Below are positions 12,001 to 22,443 of a stretch of DNA of 43,604 nucleotides, in pieces (positions within the stretch are counted from its first letter, which is position 1; each line of letters starts with the position of its first letter). Source of the stretch: Priapulus caudatus (lineage: Eukaryota); contig NW_014577074.1 in assembly GCF_000485595.1 (NCBI RefSeq), positions 428,828 to 472,431 on the forward strand. Reading direction: 5' to 3'. The translations under genes were made by a program, and so were the position numbers. Below the pieces are notes generated by a model, which ran no database searches, had not been told where the DNA came from, and saw only the letters and a list, made by a program, of their open reading frames with translations.

Positions 12001-15000
12001 GTGATAAAATCACCGTACTAGAGCGTTATAGGAGTGTATTTTCCTGAAAGTGCAACGCAACGTCATAATAGCATGAATTATGTAATGGTACTTGATGACA
12101 ACGGTAATTTTTTTAATGTTATAAGTAGCTGATTTATCTAAATAAATTTGGATGCAACCCAAGAGTTATTGTTATATTTATAAATGCATGTATATTGTAA
12201 TGTACGTATCGCTCGTTAGTTATGTTTGAGTTTGGAAGTATATATTATATCTTTTAAGTCAATCAACTGAAGTGAATTCTATTTGATGTTATAGTATGTA
12301 ATGTATGCAATACAATTAATCATATGATCATGTGAAGCGAGTTTATGTACTCTATGGAGTGTAGATGTGGGTTTTGAATTGTAAGTTTTTAGGATTCTCA
12401 CCTATCATTATGTCCAAGTACAGATTACTCTAGACAGCTCCTATATGACAGTCTTAATGACAATCATTTGCTCATGCTCTCTTAAAAGTCTTACATAGGA
12501 CTCATCTATAATCGATTATAGAACATGTTGCCATACACATCTCATTTGTTCCGTTTATGCCCTTCTTATTGTCATGCCACCAATGGTCGACTAAAGTTGT
12601 TTGCACCTTCGTCTCTTCCTAGTCCATTCCAGTGCTAGCTCGTCCTCCCCACCTCCATCTGACCATCCTAATAAGCAGTCATATCACTAAGATCACCTAC
12701 TGCCTTGCATTTTTCTACTTCTATATTATTCTTATTCATCAATTTATCATTTTAATTCCCTCTATATTCAACAACCAATCATTCTAATATTCACAAAACT
12801 CCTTGTCCTCTTACGAGTAACAGCACAAAATTAGATTGTAGAGAGCGACTATCCAGTCCCATGACGAGACAGAACAGTCGAACAGGACACAGTGTGAGAA
12901 GGATCAAGAAAGGTGGCAGCACCATGAGAAGGAAGTCAAAAAAATCGTGGCACAGCAATAACAAGGAACTCAGATATGGTGACATCAAGCCATTGAGAAT
13001 GATCAACAAAACGTAGCACAACATAAGGAACAAGAGAAGGTGGCACAATGTAAGAAGAAACTAGAGAAGGTAGCACAACATAAGAAGGAACAAGAGAAGA
13101 TGGTGCAGCATGAGAAGGGACAAGAGAAGGTGGCACAATGTAAGAAAGAAACTAGAGAAGTAGCACAACAATAAAGAANNNNNNNNNNNNNNNNNNNNNN
13201 NNNGGAGCGAGCGATGAGAAGCTGGCGGAGAAGGAGGAGTGGGGGTCCGAGAAGCTGGCTGGAGAAGGAGCGAAAGGGGAGGAAGGGCGCGAGAAGTAGC
13301 TGGTGGAGCGAGGGGAGAAGGGAGAAGCTGCCCGTGAGAGAAAGAGGGCGCGAAGCTGCGTGGAGAGCGAAGGAAGCGAGCAGAAGCGAGAAAGTGGTGG
13401 AGGAGGGAGAAGCTGCGGGAGGGAGAAGCTGGGGAGTAAGGAGGAAGGCTGCAGAAGGAGGGCCGGAGAATGCGGAGCTGGTGAGGAGGAGGGGGAGAAA
13501 GGAGCAAGCTGACGGTGGAAGGAAGAGCGGGAGAAAGCTGCCGTGCGAGGAAGAGCCGCGGAGAAGCTGGTGGAGAATGAGGAAGGGGAGCAAGGGAGAA
13601 CGGGGGTGGAAAGGAGGGAGAAGCTGGTGAGAGTAAGGGCAGGAGGGAGAAGCTGGTGGAGGAGGAAGGGAGGCACGGGGAAAAAAGTAGCTGGCTGAGG
13701 AGGGGGAGAAGCGATGAAGCTGGTGGAGGAAGAGCGGGAGAAGTGTGGAGAATGAGGAGGGGAGAAGGAAAGGGTGAGGAACGCGGGAGAAGCTGGCTGG
13801 AAAATGAGAGGAGGGAGAAGCTAGGTGGAGAAGGAGGAATGGGAGGAGGGCGGAGGAGGGGCAGAAATGACCTGCGTGGAGAGGCGGAGCAAGGAGAAGA
13901 CTGCGTGGAGCAGGCGGAGACAGCTGTGGAGAATGAGGAAGCGGGAGAAGGAGAAGGGGAGGAGAAGGAGAGGAGAAGCTGGTGAGCAGATAGGAGCCGG
14001 AGCAAAGTCGTAGAGAAGCGCAGGAAAGGGAGGAGCGGGAGAAGTACTGGTGAGGAGAGGGGCGAGAAGGAGAGAAGCTGAGTGGAGAAAAAGGAGCGGA
14101 AGAAGTGGCTGGTGGAGAAGGAGGAAGGCGGAGAGAGCAGAGGGTGTGGAGGAGGCAGGGAGAGCTGGTGAGAAGGAGAGGGGGGGAAGCTGGGGAGAGA
14201 GAAGGGAGAAGAGGGAAAGGAGTTGGTGCAGAGATGGCGGCAGAAGGAGAGCTGGTGGCCAGAAGCGAGGCAGGGGAGAAGCTTTCTCCGCCAGCCTCTC
14301 CTTCTCACCAAGCTTCTCCCCTTCCTCATCTTCCACCAGCTTCTCCCACTCCTCCTTCTCCACCAGCTTCTCCCTCTCCCCTTCCTCCTTCCACCAAGCT
14401 CCCTTCTCTCCTCCTCCATTTCTCCACCAGTTCTCCCCTCCTCCCTTCTCCACCAGCTTCTCCCTTCTCCCCTTCACTATTCTTCACTAGCTTTCTCCCT
14501 ACTTCCAACCTACTAGTATACTCTAAACCTTCCTCTCCCTCTCCCTTTCCCCGTTCACCACACGTGCTCCTCGCACCCTGTACAAACTTACGAGAGTGCT
14601 GAGACGACCTGCACTGAACGCCCCGAACTGCCAATAGACTGCTGTAGCCCATCTGGGCGCTGGAAGTTTGCAAGTTAATTGACGACGCCTAAACCTGATG
14701 TTTACCAGCGTTATGGCTTACTTTAGGGTGTTAGCGTTTAGTTAGGTTAAAACAGACCAGGCTCTCCGACTGTTACACGGCGGTAGGAGCTGACCCCTTC
14801 CATACGAAATGCATGCGTAGCCCCTGAAAACAAAACTCCGAATTTCATTAAAATTTCGTTAAATAATAACAATGTATTACCACATTCTGACCTCACCTGC
14901 ATGACATGTTGCAACTATCACTACACTTCTTTAATTGACTATTTACTCGAAATACACGTTAAAAGGATGAGATTTTGAACAGCTAATACTAATCTTTAAC

Positions 15001-18000
15001 GTTTGTGTGAAATGCCATTATGATGTTCTTATTCTCTCTTTACGCGAAAATCACGAACTTTCGCCCTACTGTATTATGGCATATCTATGGCGGAAATTTG
15101 CGGCATTTTTTGAGTTTTAATCTATGTAAGTACATGCTCAGTTGATAGCGCACATACAATAAATACGAGCGTGTGGAAGTACAGAGAAGCTGAAGAATCA
15201 TAAAAAGTGAGATAATTAACGTATAAATAGGCACACGCCACTACTGCGCAACATATTTCTAATGCGTCGTTTAGTGACCTCTCGCCACGTAGGTTAAGCG
15301 AATGAATTGTGGCAGTAGGTTAGGGTTAGCGGATAGACCGAATAATTCTGTCTCATATAACCTTTTTAATTTTGTTGAAGGTCTATTATGGACAGGAACA
15401 GGGCGTTCATTGAAATTTCGGACGACGCCATGCAAAATGGATGCGCTGCTAGTGTTACAATAGCCCTGGTTCTCGCTTCGTATCTGTGCGTGCCTGCAGG
15501 AGGTGATAGACTCGCTCTGATGGTCTGATGTTATGTAAATGGCGAATGTAATTTAACGAAAGTGCAATAAGCGCCCCTCTTCGTTCTGAAAACAATCTTT
15601 TAAGCAAGAATAATGATTGAATGTGATGTATACACATATCTGTGCAAGTAAGAGTCATGTAGAGCGAACGGTAGGGTTTTTTCGGCCAATAGCGCGCGTA
15701 CGAGCACCGCATTCGCCAGGCAATGCATTTTTCAGATACAAGATAATGTAACCCAAACCCAACGAGGATATAGGCTTACAAATGTCTCCTATCCTTTTCT
15801 GCGAGGGAATGCCCGAGTGAATCACTCGGCCGGTTTGCTGCGTGCCGTTTTCAGAACTAGAACTTCCAAACTGGTGTATTCTCAAACACGAACCTTTCTC
15901 CCGATGGGAACTTACTATGTATCGACAATACTCTGTTTAACTAATATACCTGTTACAAAAAATTCGAAGTGGTACGAGCGCGCGAATATACTGCAGCGCC
16001 ATTTCGAATTCCTTCCTCATTCTCCACCAGCTTCTCCCCTTCCTCCTCCACCAGCTTATCCCTTTTCCCCCTCCTCCTCCACCAGCTTCTCCCTTCTCCC
16101 CCTCCTCCTCTACCAGCTCCCTTATCCCCCTCCTTCTCCCCTTCCTCCTCCACTAGCTTCTCCCCCTCCTCCTCCACCAGCTTCTCCCCTCCTCCACCGG
16201 CTTCTCCCTTCTCCCCTTCTTCATTCTTCACTAGCTTCTCCCTACTCAACCTACTAGTACTTTTCTAAACTTCCTCCTCCCTCCCCCTCCCCCTCTCTTT
16301 CCCCTCTCCCTCCCTACACTGGTCCTTCGCTACCCTGTACCAGAACTACGAGAGTGCTGACGATGTTCCACTGATACGCCCGAAACGCCGATAGACCGCG
16401 TAGCGCAATCTGGCGGTGGCGTTTGCAAGTTAATTTACGACGCTAAACCTGATGTTTACCCCCTAACCCTAACCATATCAGATAGTTACCTCGGGTACAT
16501 ATTATACGACAACGACCCTTCGGGCGCGACTGCCGGCACTTGGAACGTTTCTATATATATATTATAATTATAAAGTTGTTCAGCCGAATTAGTTCGTACT
16601 CGCATAACTGGAGAACTCCGCAACCTAGAGGAAAACTAAAGATATTTTCAGAATCAGCATGTCTAGGTGGTTCTGGCTGAAACAAAAATTTTAAAAAGTT
16701 AAAAAGTTATATTTAAATAACTTTATAAAATTTATAGAAATTCTATTCATCAATAGATGGCGGGGCGTACAGATTAAAACATCACGTACGTGTGAATCCA
16801 TGGTGTATACCCTTAAATTGACTACGTCACGAATTTTCTATGGTAAAATTTGTAAAAAAAAATTGCCATTTTTTTACATTAAAGGTAAGAACTAACGAGA
16901 CTAAACGTATCGTCAAATTCTTACCTGATAAGATTGTTTCTCAACTAGTTAAAAATCCAAAAAACCTGGGGGCCGTTGTCAGAAACAAAATTAGTCGCAA
17001 CATTAGTCTTACCATTAACTTCCACTCGTAAACCGTTGACAGAAACATCGTAAGGTTACGAGAACGAAAAATCCTCGCAAATATCCTCATAACATTACGA
17101 GAGCTCAGACCCTCTCGTAACTTTAATATAAAGTTGAAAATAACACATTAACCTTCTCTTGTTCCTTATGTTGTGCTACGTTTTGTTGATCATTCTCATG
17201 CTGTGTCACCATATCTGGTTCCTTGTTATGCTGTGCCAGATTTTTTTGTTCCTTCTCATGTTGTGCCACCTTTTCTTGATCCTTCTCACACTGTGTCCTG
17301 TTCCGCTGTTCTGTCTCGTGCTGTGTCGCTCTCTCATATTTGTCTTTATAACGAGACAAAGTTTTATATTTTGGTTTATAATTATTTGCAGCTGTGATCT
17401 TGATATGCTGCTTATTGATGTCATGGGTGGTGAGCACTGGATGACTGCAAACAACTTTGTCGCCTGTGGCTGCAACATAACAACACATTTTCAACATGTT
17501 TGACATTGGTATCCTTAGCTTTAGGGCCATGCATTAACCTGCATATCAGCTTAGAATCTGCACAATAGTGAAGCCTAATTATTCAACAATATCTAACAGA
17601 GACTGCAGTAGGTAGTTGCTACTTGACAATTCGTTGGTTAGTATATCTCCAATTAAAACAAGGGTTCAATAGTTTTATATAACAAACTTTGTTGCTCAAT
17701 TTTGATAAGTTAAAAAAAAACAGTCATACTATATATATAAGGGTCACTCAAGAAATACACTCTAGTCTAGAGGTGATTTCACTGTATAACCACCACTGAC
17801 GGAAATGCTTAGTGTGTCCTTCATACTAGTTCATAGACAGGTGTATGTTCTGTAGAGGTGGCTACTACTGCAAGTTTGACTGGGCTGATTTCAAAGCGTG
17901 ACAATTACCGTTTTATTATATTGCTTGACAATGACATTGGTTTACCTGCCTCGTATAAGGATGATACAAACTGCACTTTAAATGCAGTGTTTTTACAGCT

Positions 18001-21000
18001 TGATGTATACGTATCCGAACTGATTTGAGTTTATCTGTGTATTAGGGCTGCTTACGACATGACCCTCCGCATTCCACCCATAAACGGCATACCATTTTAA
18101 ATTCCTGGGACCCCCGTATGTGTGTGTGCGTATATGTGGTTTTAGGACAAATACGCCTTGGACAATCGACCCTGTACAATAACACCCTGTGCCATTCCCC
18201 ACTAGACAATTACCCCAATGATTTTAGTTTTATTTATTTTTGAGTTAACTGCACAGAATTTAAGTCCTTAAATAAACATATTTTGAAAGGAAAATGTAAA
18301 ATACTTAAATATAATCGACATTATGTTGAGTGAAAATCTTAATGTGAAATAAGCAGAATTAATAAATTACAACAGATATATTCTATATAAAAAGATATAA
18401 GCTGTAAGAAAAATGTAAATTACCATTGAATTTTGTCTTATAATTATTGACTATCATTTAGTGTCTGTGTAGTTTAGTATACGTTGTATGGTCCAAGTGC
18501 TAATTCTCTATGCTCTAGGGAAGGGGCGATTGTCCGGAGGTAATTTTCTGGGGAGAGTGAATATACAGGGTGCAATAGTCCATGGGGTGAAGTTCAGGAG
18601 GTAATTGTCCAAGGGTAATTATCAGGCAGTTTACAATTAAAAAGGTAGTTGGAGATAAGCATAATTTTAGCTTTATTTTAAGCTTTCGGTCTAAATTTCT
18701 CCAAAACTTCTCCAAATTTTTTCTAAATATTTTCTACATGCAAGTCATTTATATCCATTTACTATTTATATGAAACATCACGCAGAAACAGGTGCATAGT
18801 ATGTGGATTACTCAATTTAACTGGGAATAAACTGAAAAAGTAACTAAAGTAATGTTTAAATCAACAACTATCATTAAAATACATTTCTTTACCAATACCA
18901 ATTACATTTTTCCTCCTTAAAAGGATACATTACTCTAGGTTCTTTAGATATTTTCAGTTGAAATAGGTTAAAATTACGCTACATGAAAAGTTTTATGGTT
19001 CAATATTCATTAGAAATATATTTTTTGTTTTAAAACTGACGGCTATACCATTGCTTACAACGGCTGTGGCGCCACTGGAAGCGCATTCACTGAAAAAATT
19101 GCGCAAAGCAACGTTTCTGCTGCAGGCTACAGACCGAGGGTGTTTCCTATTTATTAATTTTAGAGCAGAAGGTTAGCAATATCTTAAAAACGAGTCAAAC
19201 GACACTTAGTTTCAGTTATAATATGGACGAATTTGTCCTAAAATAAACATCGTTCGGTTGAATAGCATTTAGGTATAAATATAATTGCGCTTTTGTGATT
19301 AGCCCTCGGTCTGTAACTTGTAAAATAAATTGGCAAATGCGCAACTTTTTCAGGGTGGCAGCACAATCGCGGGTGTCATGTCTGAGTCCAAAAATGAAGA
19401 TTTCGAAATGCAATGTTGTTTTATGACAAGCGTGAATGCGTGATTATAGAAATATTGAGGTATATGCTATTATATATGCATTTATTATCATAATATACTA
19501 TAAAATTATAGGGGAAAGTAACCCTTTAAACATCTATATATACCTCCATCAGCGTCTTCTGTCTCAGATAGACTTTCCACAATTTCACTTATATGAGCTG
19601 CTAAATTTTCGTCGACATCTGACTGATCATCTGTGAAATCGACGATGGCACCATCTTGCTGTGGCACAGGCTTACACTGATTAAAAAACTCTGAAATTTG
19701 GAGAACCTAATGTAAGGTAATGTACTCAAATCATATTTCTCTTAAAGATTTAATAATAATAATAATAATATTAGTCCATGACGAAGATACACAGAGAATG
19801 TTCTCCGATAGGTCTTTGAAATAATCTAGACATACCTAGACATATCTTTACTTACCTAGAATTGATGATTGATTATTACTGACGGGACTGCTCAATTTCA
19901 CAGGGTCATCGACTACCATCTGCTGGACTGATGAGGTTCTAGTGATGGATGTTGGTTGCATGACTCGTTCACACTGCTATACATTCGCAAACACGTTCAT
20001 ATTTAATTACTTCATTAACTGTAATAGCTAGTACATCAGATTCTAGGTCACTCAGAAGGAAGGCACAAGAATTTAAAATTGTAAAAATCAGTGAATCCCT
20101 TAGGCTTATATATGTGTCCCCACTGTGGTCTCAGGACGAAGGTGATGGAAGTGGAAGTGATAAAGATGGTAATGTGGGTCCTGGTGGGTGGTGGGCTGGT
20201 TTGGTTTTATCTGGTCTTCTATTCTAAATCATACAGCTTCAGGAGGCTCCCCCCTCTATAAATAGTAAGAACTGTCCGAACATATCAAAAAACTAAAAAT
20301 TGCTGTGAAATGAAATAAAATGTGACTCAGTCATGAAATAAGTGTTATATACTTTATTTATACCAAGAGCCATGTACAATAAGACTGGACAGCTGAGCAA
20401 AATGCTGGGTCAAGAATGATATTAGAGCCAACTAGCTGCTGGCCAGTAACCTGTGAATGGCAGTGCGTGTACTATTTGTTAAAATGACCCAGTTTTCTTC
20501 AGAGAAAGGGTCTGGTCATTAGTGTACCGTGACTAACTGCAATAATAACAAGGGCTGAGACAGTCACACATTTTCTTATTTACAGAATAAACCAAAATAA
20601 TTCATACAAACTCTTCCAGACACGCGCATGGTTGTTGATCTTATCGTACATATGCACTTACCTCTGTGGCTTTTACTTTCAGGGTAGGTTGTGAATTCAG
20701 TGTAGTCAGATTTGTAAGTGACAGGTTATCCTGCATGCCGGTGGTACTTATGAGCTGTATGAACATAAAGCAAGATATAACCTTTAGAGTTTAAACACTA
20801 GCCAGTTCATTATTGTAGATAGTTACCATTGTAAATGCCATGCTAAAATTTCTGGCTTTGTAGTCATGGACAAGGGCATGGGTAGGTAGTAGGTAACTGA
20901 CAACTTGGTTATTTGATAAGGGTTGGGATATTTTGCCGTTTTCAGGAACGGTAACTTAAACTAGGAATTTAATTTTTTAAAAGGAACCTGCTGAACACAG

Positions 21001-22443
21001 CCAGGCATTTCCTTCTAGGTTAGCTCTAGAACTATATAGGCCTTTGCTCTGCCACAGGGCTATAGCACAAACTATGTTGAAACTGGGCAATTGAACTGCT
21101 CCCACTGCTCCCACGAAAAACGGCTCACAGAATGCAAAATCATCAGGCTTTTTAACACTTATTTATCTACATAAACAGGGGTAGAAATTATCTCTTGAAC
21201 ACGGGAGTCCGGCAGATTCCCTACCCTCAAAAAGAGGGAGTCCGTAGCAAAATGATGGAGTCTGCAGTCTGAAGTTCAAAATTAAAGATATTAATAATAA
21301 CACGTGCTTATTTTGAAGATTCATGCGGTTACACGTCTGCCAAATTTTCTTTGGACATTTGCTGAAAAAACACGGTAATTCTGCGAGGCCATGCTCTGGA
21401 ACAAACTAGTTAGTATAGTATGGCAGAGTTTTCAAGGAGTCACATGGACTCCTGCATATGTCAAATCAGGGAGTCCGACAGTAAATCAGGGAGTATTTGA
21501 CTCTGAACTCCCATTAATTTTGCACCCTGCATAAACCTTTATTTTTTAGCACTTTTCACGACTTAACACAATGCATTTATTCATTTATTCCTCGAAGTCT
21601 TAGCACTACCTGCAAATTCCGTTCAAATGCTGGCGTGGGTACTGTCATCCGAAATGTAGGCAAAAACACGGGGGCAGCCCATTACTCATGCATGGGGTGA
21701 ACTGGCACTTTTCTAATCATAAACATGTTGCCTGGCAACATTGTAATCAGCACCAGTGCTATACCCACACCCCCATGAGTAATGGGCTGCCCTTGATTTG
21801 TCTGTGATCCATTCCTCGGGGGAGCAGAGGGAGCAGTTCCGTTGCCCAGTGTCAACATAGTTTGTGCTATAGCCCTGTGGCAGAGCGAAGTTCTAGAGCT
21901 ACTTCTATGTGGGATGGGGGCTAAGGCCTGAGTCTAGATCTAGCTCTAGAACTATATGTCTATAGCCCTTCGCTCCACCACAGGCGCCTGTGGTGAAACG
22001 AAGGGCTATACTATAGTTCTAGAGCTAGTCTAGTTCTAGCTCCAAGAAACGGTCTTTGCTAGGGTTAGGAGATCCTTTTATATAGATTTTTTTTTTATTG
22101 GTTTGTGTATATAATATTGACGTTAGTCACACAGCCTGAACCTGGTCGGGTTAGTCTAGTTCATCATTTATGCTCCTCAGATGGCGTACATTGGCCATTG
22201 GCATTGCCACTTCCATGCACTTCACAAGTCACAACTTCCAGTCACTTCAATGCATGGTTAGGAAATGTTCCAAAAAATACTTTACGGAACTTTGATCAAC
22301 ATTTTAGGATATTATATTCAAATTACCTTGCCAACCGGACTTGCTTTAAATAACTCTTCAAATGCATCATGGAGAATAGGTCTATCAAACCATAGTTTAC
22401 CACTGTCACTGGTTTTACTTCTGTGCCTGTTGGGAGTCGCCAT
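2978..22443 (-). CDS. MIS18BP1: Mis18-binding protein 1 / KNL2, spliced gene, predicted >1550 aa. Coding exons: 22327-22443, 20662-20754, 19856-19976, 19544-19690, 17469 to 11165 (interrupted in this assembly), 10478-10614, 9125-9268, 8754-8944, 5126-7220, 4774-4963, 4505-4647, 3899-4047, 3556-3722, 3354-3456, 2978-3094
   Basis: Domains occur in the canonical order: SANTA (LYNWTI...ICLEG...YWHSAAIVKRV...TISGSTYRLSG...FATGFPLNWK), CENP-C-like motif (SRSGRTVIPPLAYWTG), SANT/Myb (W...FWNDVANYMGNRTAMECHQFY), ITAKKGTMKRKRQMRDMLEQ...DDLFDSTP and an acidic tail EEELDHYWSDA. Exon phases chain with GT-AG junctions. Confidence 0.9.
3354..3456 (-). CDS. MIS18BP1: MIS18BP1 exon (NQVDRYIHKYQG...)
   Basis: AG/GT boundaries, phase 2 to 0; D(R/K)Y(I/V) motif of the M18BP1 C-terminus. 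Confidence 0.78.
3556..3722 (-). CDS. MIS18BP1: MIS18BP1 exon (ASLVEGDSFM...RTP...KTP...TTP)
   Basis: Open frame, phase 0 to 2, strong gtaagt donor, several TP (CDK-type) motifs. Confidence 0.75.
3899..4047 (-). CDS. MIS18BP1: MIS18BP1 exon, conserved post-SANT block (LITAKKGTMKRKRQMRDMLEQHDEGYSEDDLFDSTPF)
   Basis: Closely resembles the vertebrate ITAKVGTLKRKQQMREFLEQ...DDFF block; phase 1 to 0. Confidence 0.88.
4505..4647 (-). CDS. MIS18BP1: MIS18BP1 SANT/Myb domain exon
   Basis: TMLRFNPSSRTFWNDVANYMGNRTAMECHQFYY; phase 2 to 1. Confidence 0.88.
4774..4963 (-). CDS. MIS18BP1: MIS18BP1 exon carrying the start of the SANT domain (...AVWDKKDVSKLE); 5' boundary could instead be 4897
   Basis: Open frame, phase 1 to 2, first SANT tryptophan; two in-phase acceptors are possible. 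Confidence 0.72.
5126..7220 (-). CDS. MIS18BP1: MIS18BP1 2095-bp exon encoding alternating acidic/basic 25-26 aa repeats
   Basis: Uninterrupted ORF (track 5121..7178) bounded by a ctgtttcag acceptor and gttag donor; phases 0 to 1 match the neighbouring exons. Confidence 0.85.
7764..7795. repeat. (CT)n microsatellite, intronic
   Basis: ctctctctctcactcgctctctctctctctc. Confidence 0.85.
8754..8944 (-). CDS. MIS18BP1: MIS18BP1 exon with CENP-C-like motif
   Basis: SRSGRTVIPPLAYWTGSRV at 8847-8903; phase 1 to 0. Confidence 0.88.
9125..9268 (-). CDS. MIS18BP1: MIS18BP1 exon, end of SANTA domain (VLKAFATGFPLNWKEVI)
   Basis: F..GFP.NW SANTA signature; phase 1 to 1. Confidence 0.9.
10478..10614 (-). 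CDS. MIS18BP1: MIS18BP1 exon, SANTA core (YWHSAAIVKRVTAKVVQTISGSTYRLSG)
   Basis: WHS..I..R......T.SG..Y.L.G SANTA signature; phase 2 to 1. Confidence 0.9.
11165..11706 (-). CDS. MIS18BP1: MIS18BP1, 3' part of the 10-aa repeat exon plus start of SANTA (PTFLYNWTIMK...ICLEG)
   Basis: ORF 11161..11721; roughly 30-bp tandem units (QHRKEQEKMV-like); phase-2 donor at 11164-11163. Confidence 0.82.
11712..13178 (+). other. Insertion-rich inverted copy of about 17152-17960 plus extra 10-aa repeat units; probable raw-read gap-fill
   Basis: Collinear with the reverse complement of 17152-17960 but much longer because of scattered insertions; ends at a 25-N gap (13179-13203). Confidence 0.8.
13204..15762 (+). 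repeat. Apparently identical duplicate of 34413-36971 (offset 21209)
   Basis: The ORF track gives identical translations at a constant offset (e.g. 13821..14477 vs 35030..35686; 15455..15712 vs 36664..36921). Confidence 0.92.
16012..17150 (-). repeat. Cleaner inverted copy of about 33216-34350 (minisatellite, foldback arm and flanking host repeat)
   Basis: gagctcagaccctctcgtaac at 17101 is the reverse complement of 33244-33264; the arm ends CCTGATGTTTACC at 16460. Confidence 0.85.
17152..17469 (-). CDS. MIS18BP1: MIS18BP1, 5' part of the 10-aa repeat exon, truncated at 17151 by repeat or gap-fill sequence
   Basis: Phase-1 acceptor tgttatgttgcag; QHEKEQ-type repeats as in 11165-11706. Confidence 0.75.
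18145..18625. mobile_element. Degenerate MITE-like element with short subterminal repeats
   Basis: A cluster of GGACAAT(T)ACCC-like motifs at 18145-18216 faces inverted GGGTAATTGTCC-like motifs at 18520-18625, around an AT-rich core. Confidence 0.5.
19090..19355. repeat. Imperfect ~50-bp inverted repeat (old MITE remnant)
   Basis: ctgaaaaaattgcgca...tacagaccgaggg (19090-19140) vs ccctcggtctgta...tgcgcaactttttcag (19303-19353). Confidence 0.55.
19544..19690 (-). CDS. MIS18BP1: MIS18BP1 N-terminal exon 4 (EFFNQCKP...ETEDADG)
   Basis: Open frame, AG/GT, phase 1 to 1; no conserved motif recognised. Confidence 0.65.
19856..19976 (-). CDS. MIS18BP1: MIS18BP1 N-terminal exon 3 (QCERVMQP...SSIL)
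   Basis: Open frame, NAGNAG acceptor, gtaagt donor, phase 0 to 1. Confidence 0.65.
20662..20754 (-). CDS. MIS18BP1: MIS18BP1 N-terminal exon 2 (LISTTGMQ...VKATE)
   Basis: 93-bp open frame, ttcatacag acceptor, gtaagt donor, phase 0 to 0. Confidence 0.62.
21021..21901. mobile_element. MITE with ~90-bp terminal inverted repeats (TAGCTCTAGAAC...GTTCTAGAGCTA)
   Basis: 21021-21116 is the near reverse complement of 21815-21901; an internal 19-bp inverted repeat lies at 21672-21690 and 21774-21792. Confidence 0.75.
21176..21529. mobile_element. hAT-like MITE nested in the previous element
   Basis: Termini CAGGGGTAGAAATTA / TAATTTTGCACCCTG, flanked by the direct repeat cataaa(c). Confidence 0.6.
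21941..22027. mobile_element. 87-bp palindromic deletion derivative of the 21021-21901 MITE
   Basis: tagctctagaactata...tatagcccttcg...ccacaggcgcctgtgg...cgaagggctata...tatagttctagagcta. Confidence 0.75.
22327..22443 (-). CDS. MIS18BP1: MIS18BP1 probable first coding exon (MATPNRHRSK...SPVGK)
   Basis: ATG GCG ACT CCC at 22443, 39 codons, AAG/gtaatt donor; the N-terminal xTP start resembles vertebrate M18BP1. Confidence 0.65.

Noticed and set aside
13003..14673. Many long overlapping ORFs (up to 452 aa; mirrored at 34136-35882)
   Set aside because: They are translations of a stop-poor purine/pyrimidine minisatellite in all frames, low complexity, with no domain.
20100..20302. Candidate extra MIS18BP1 exon behind a good-looking acceptor
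   Set aside because: The frames I tested reach stop codons before a usable donor.
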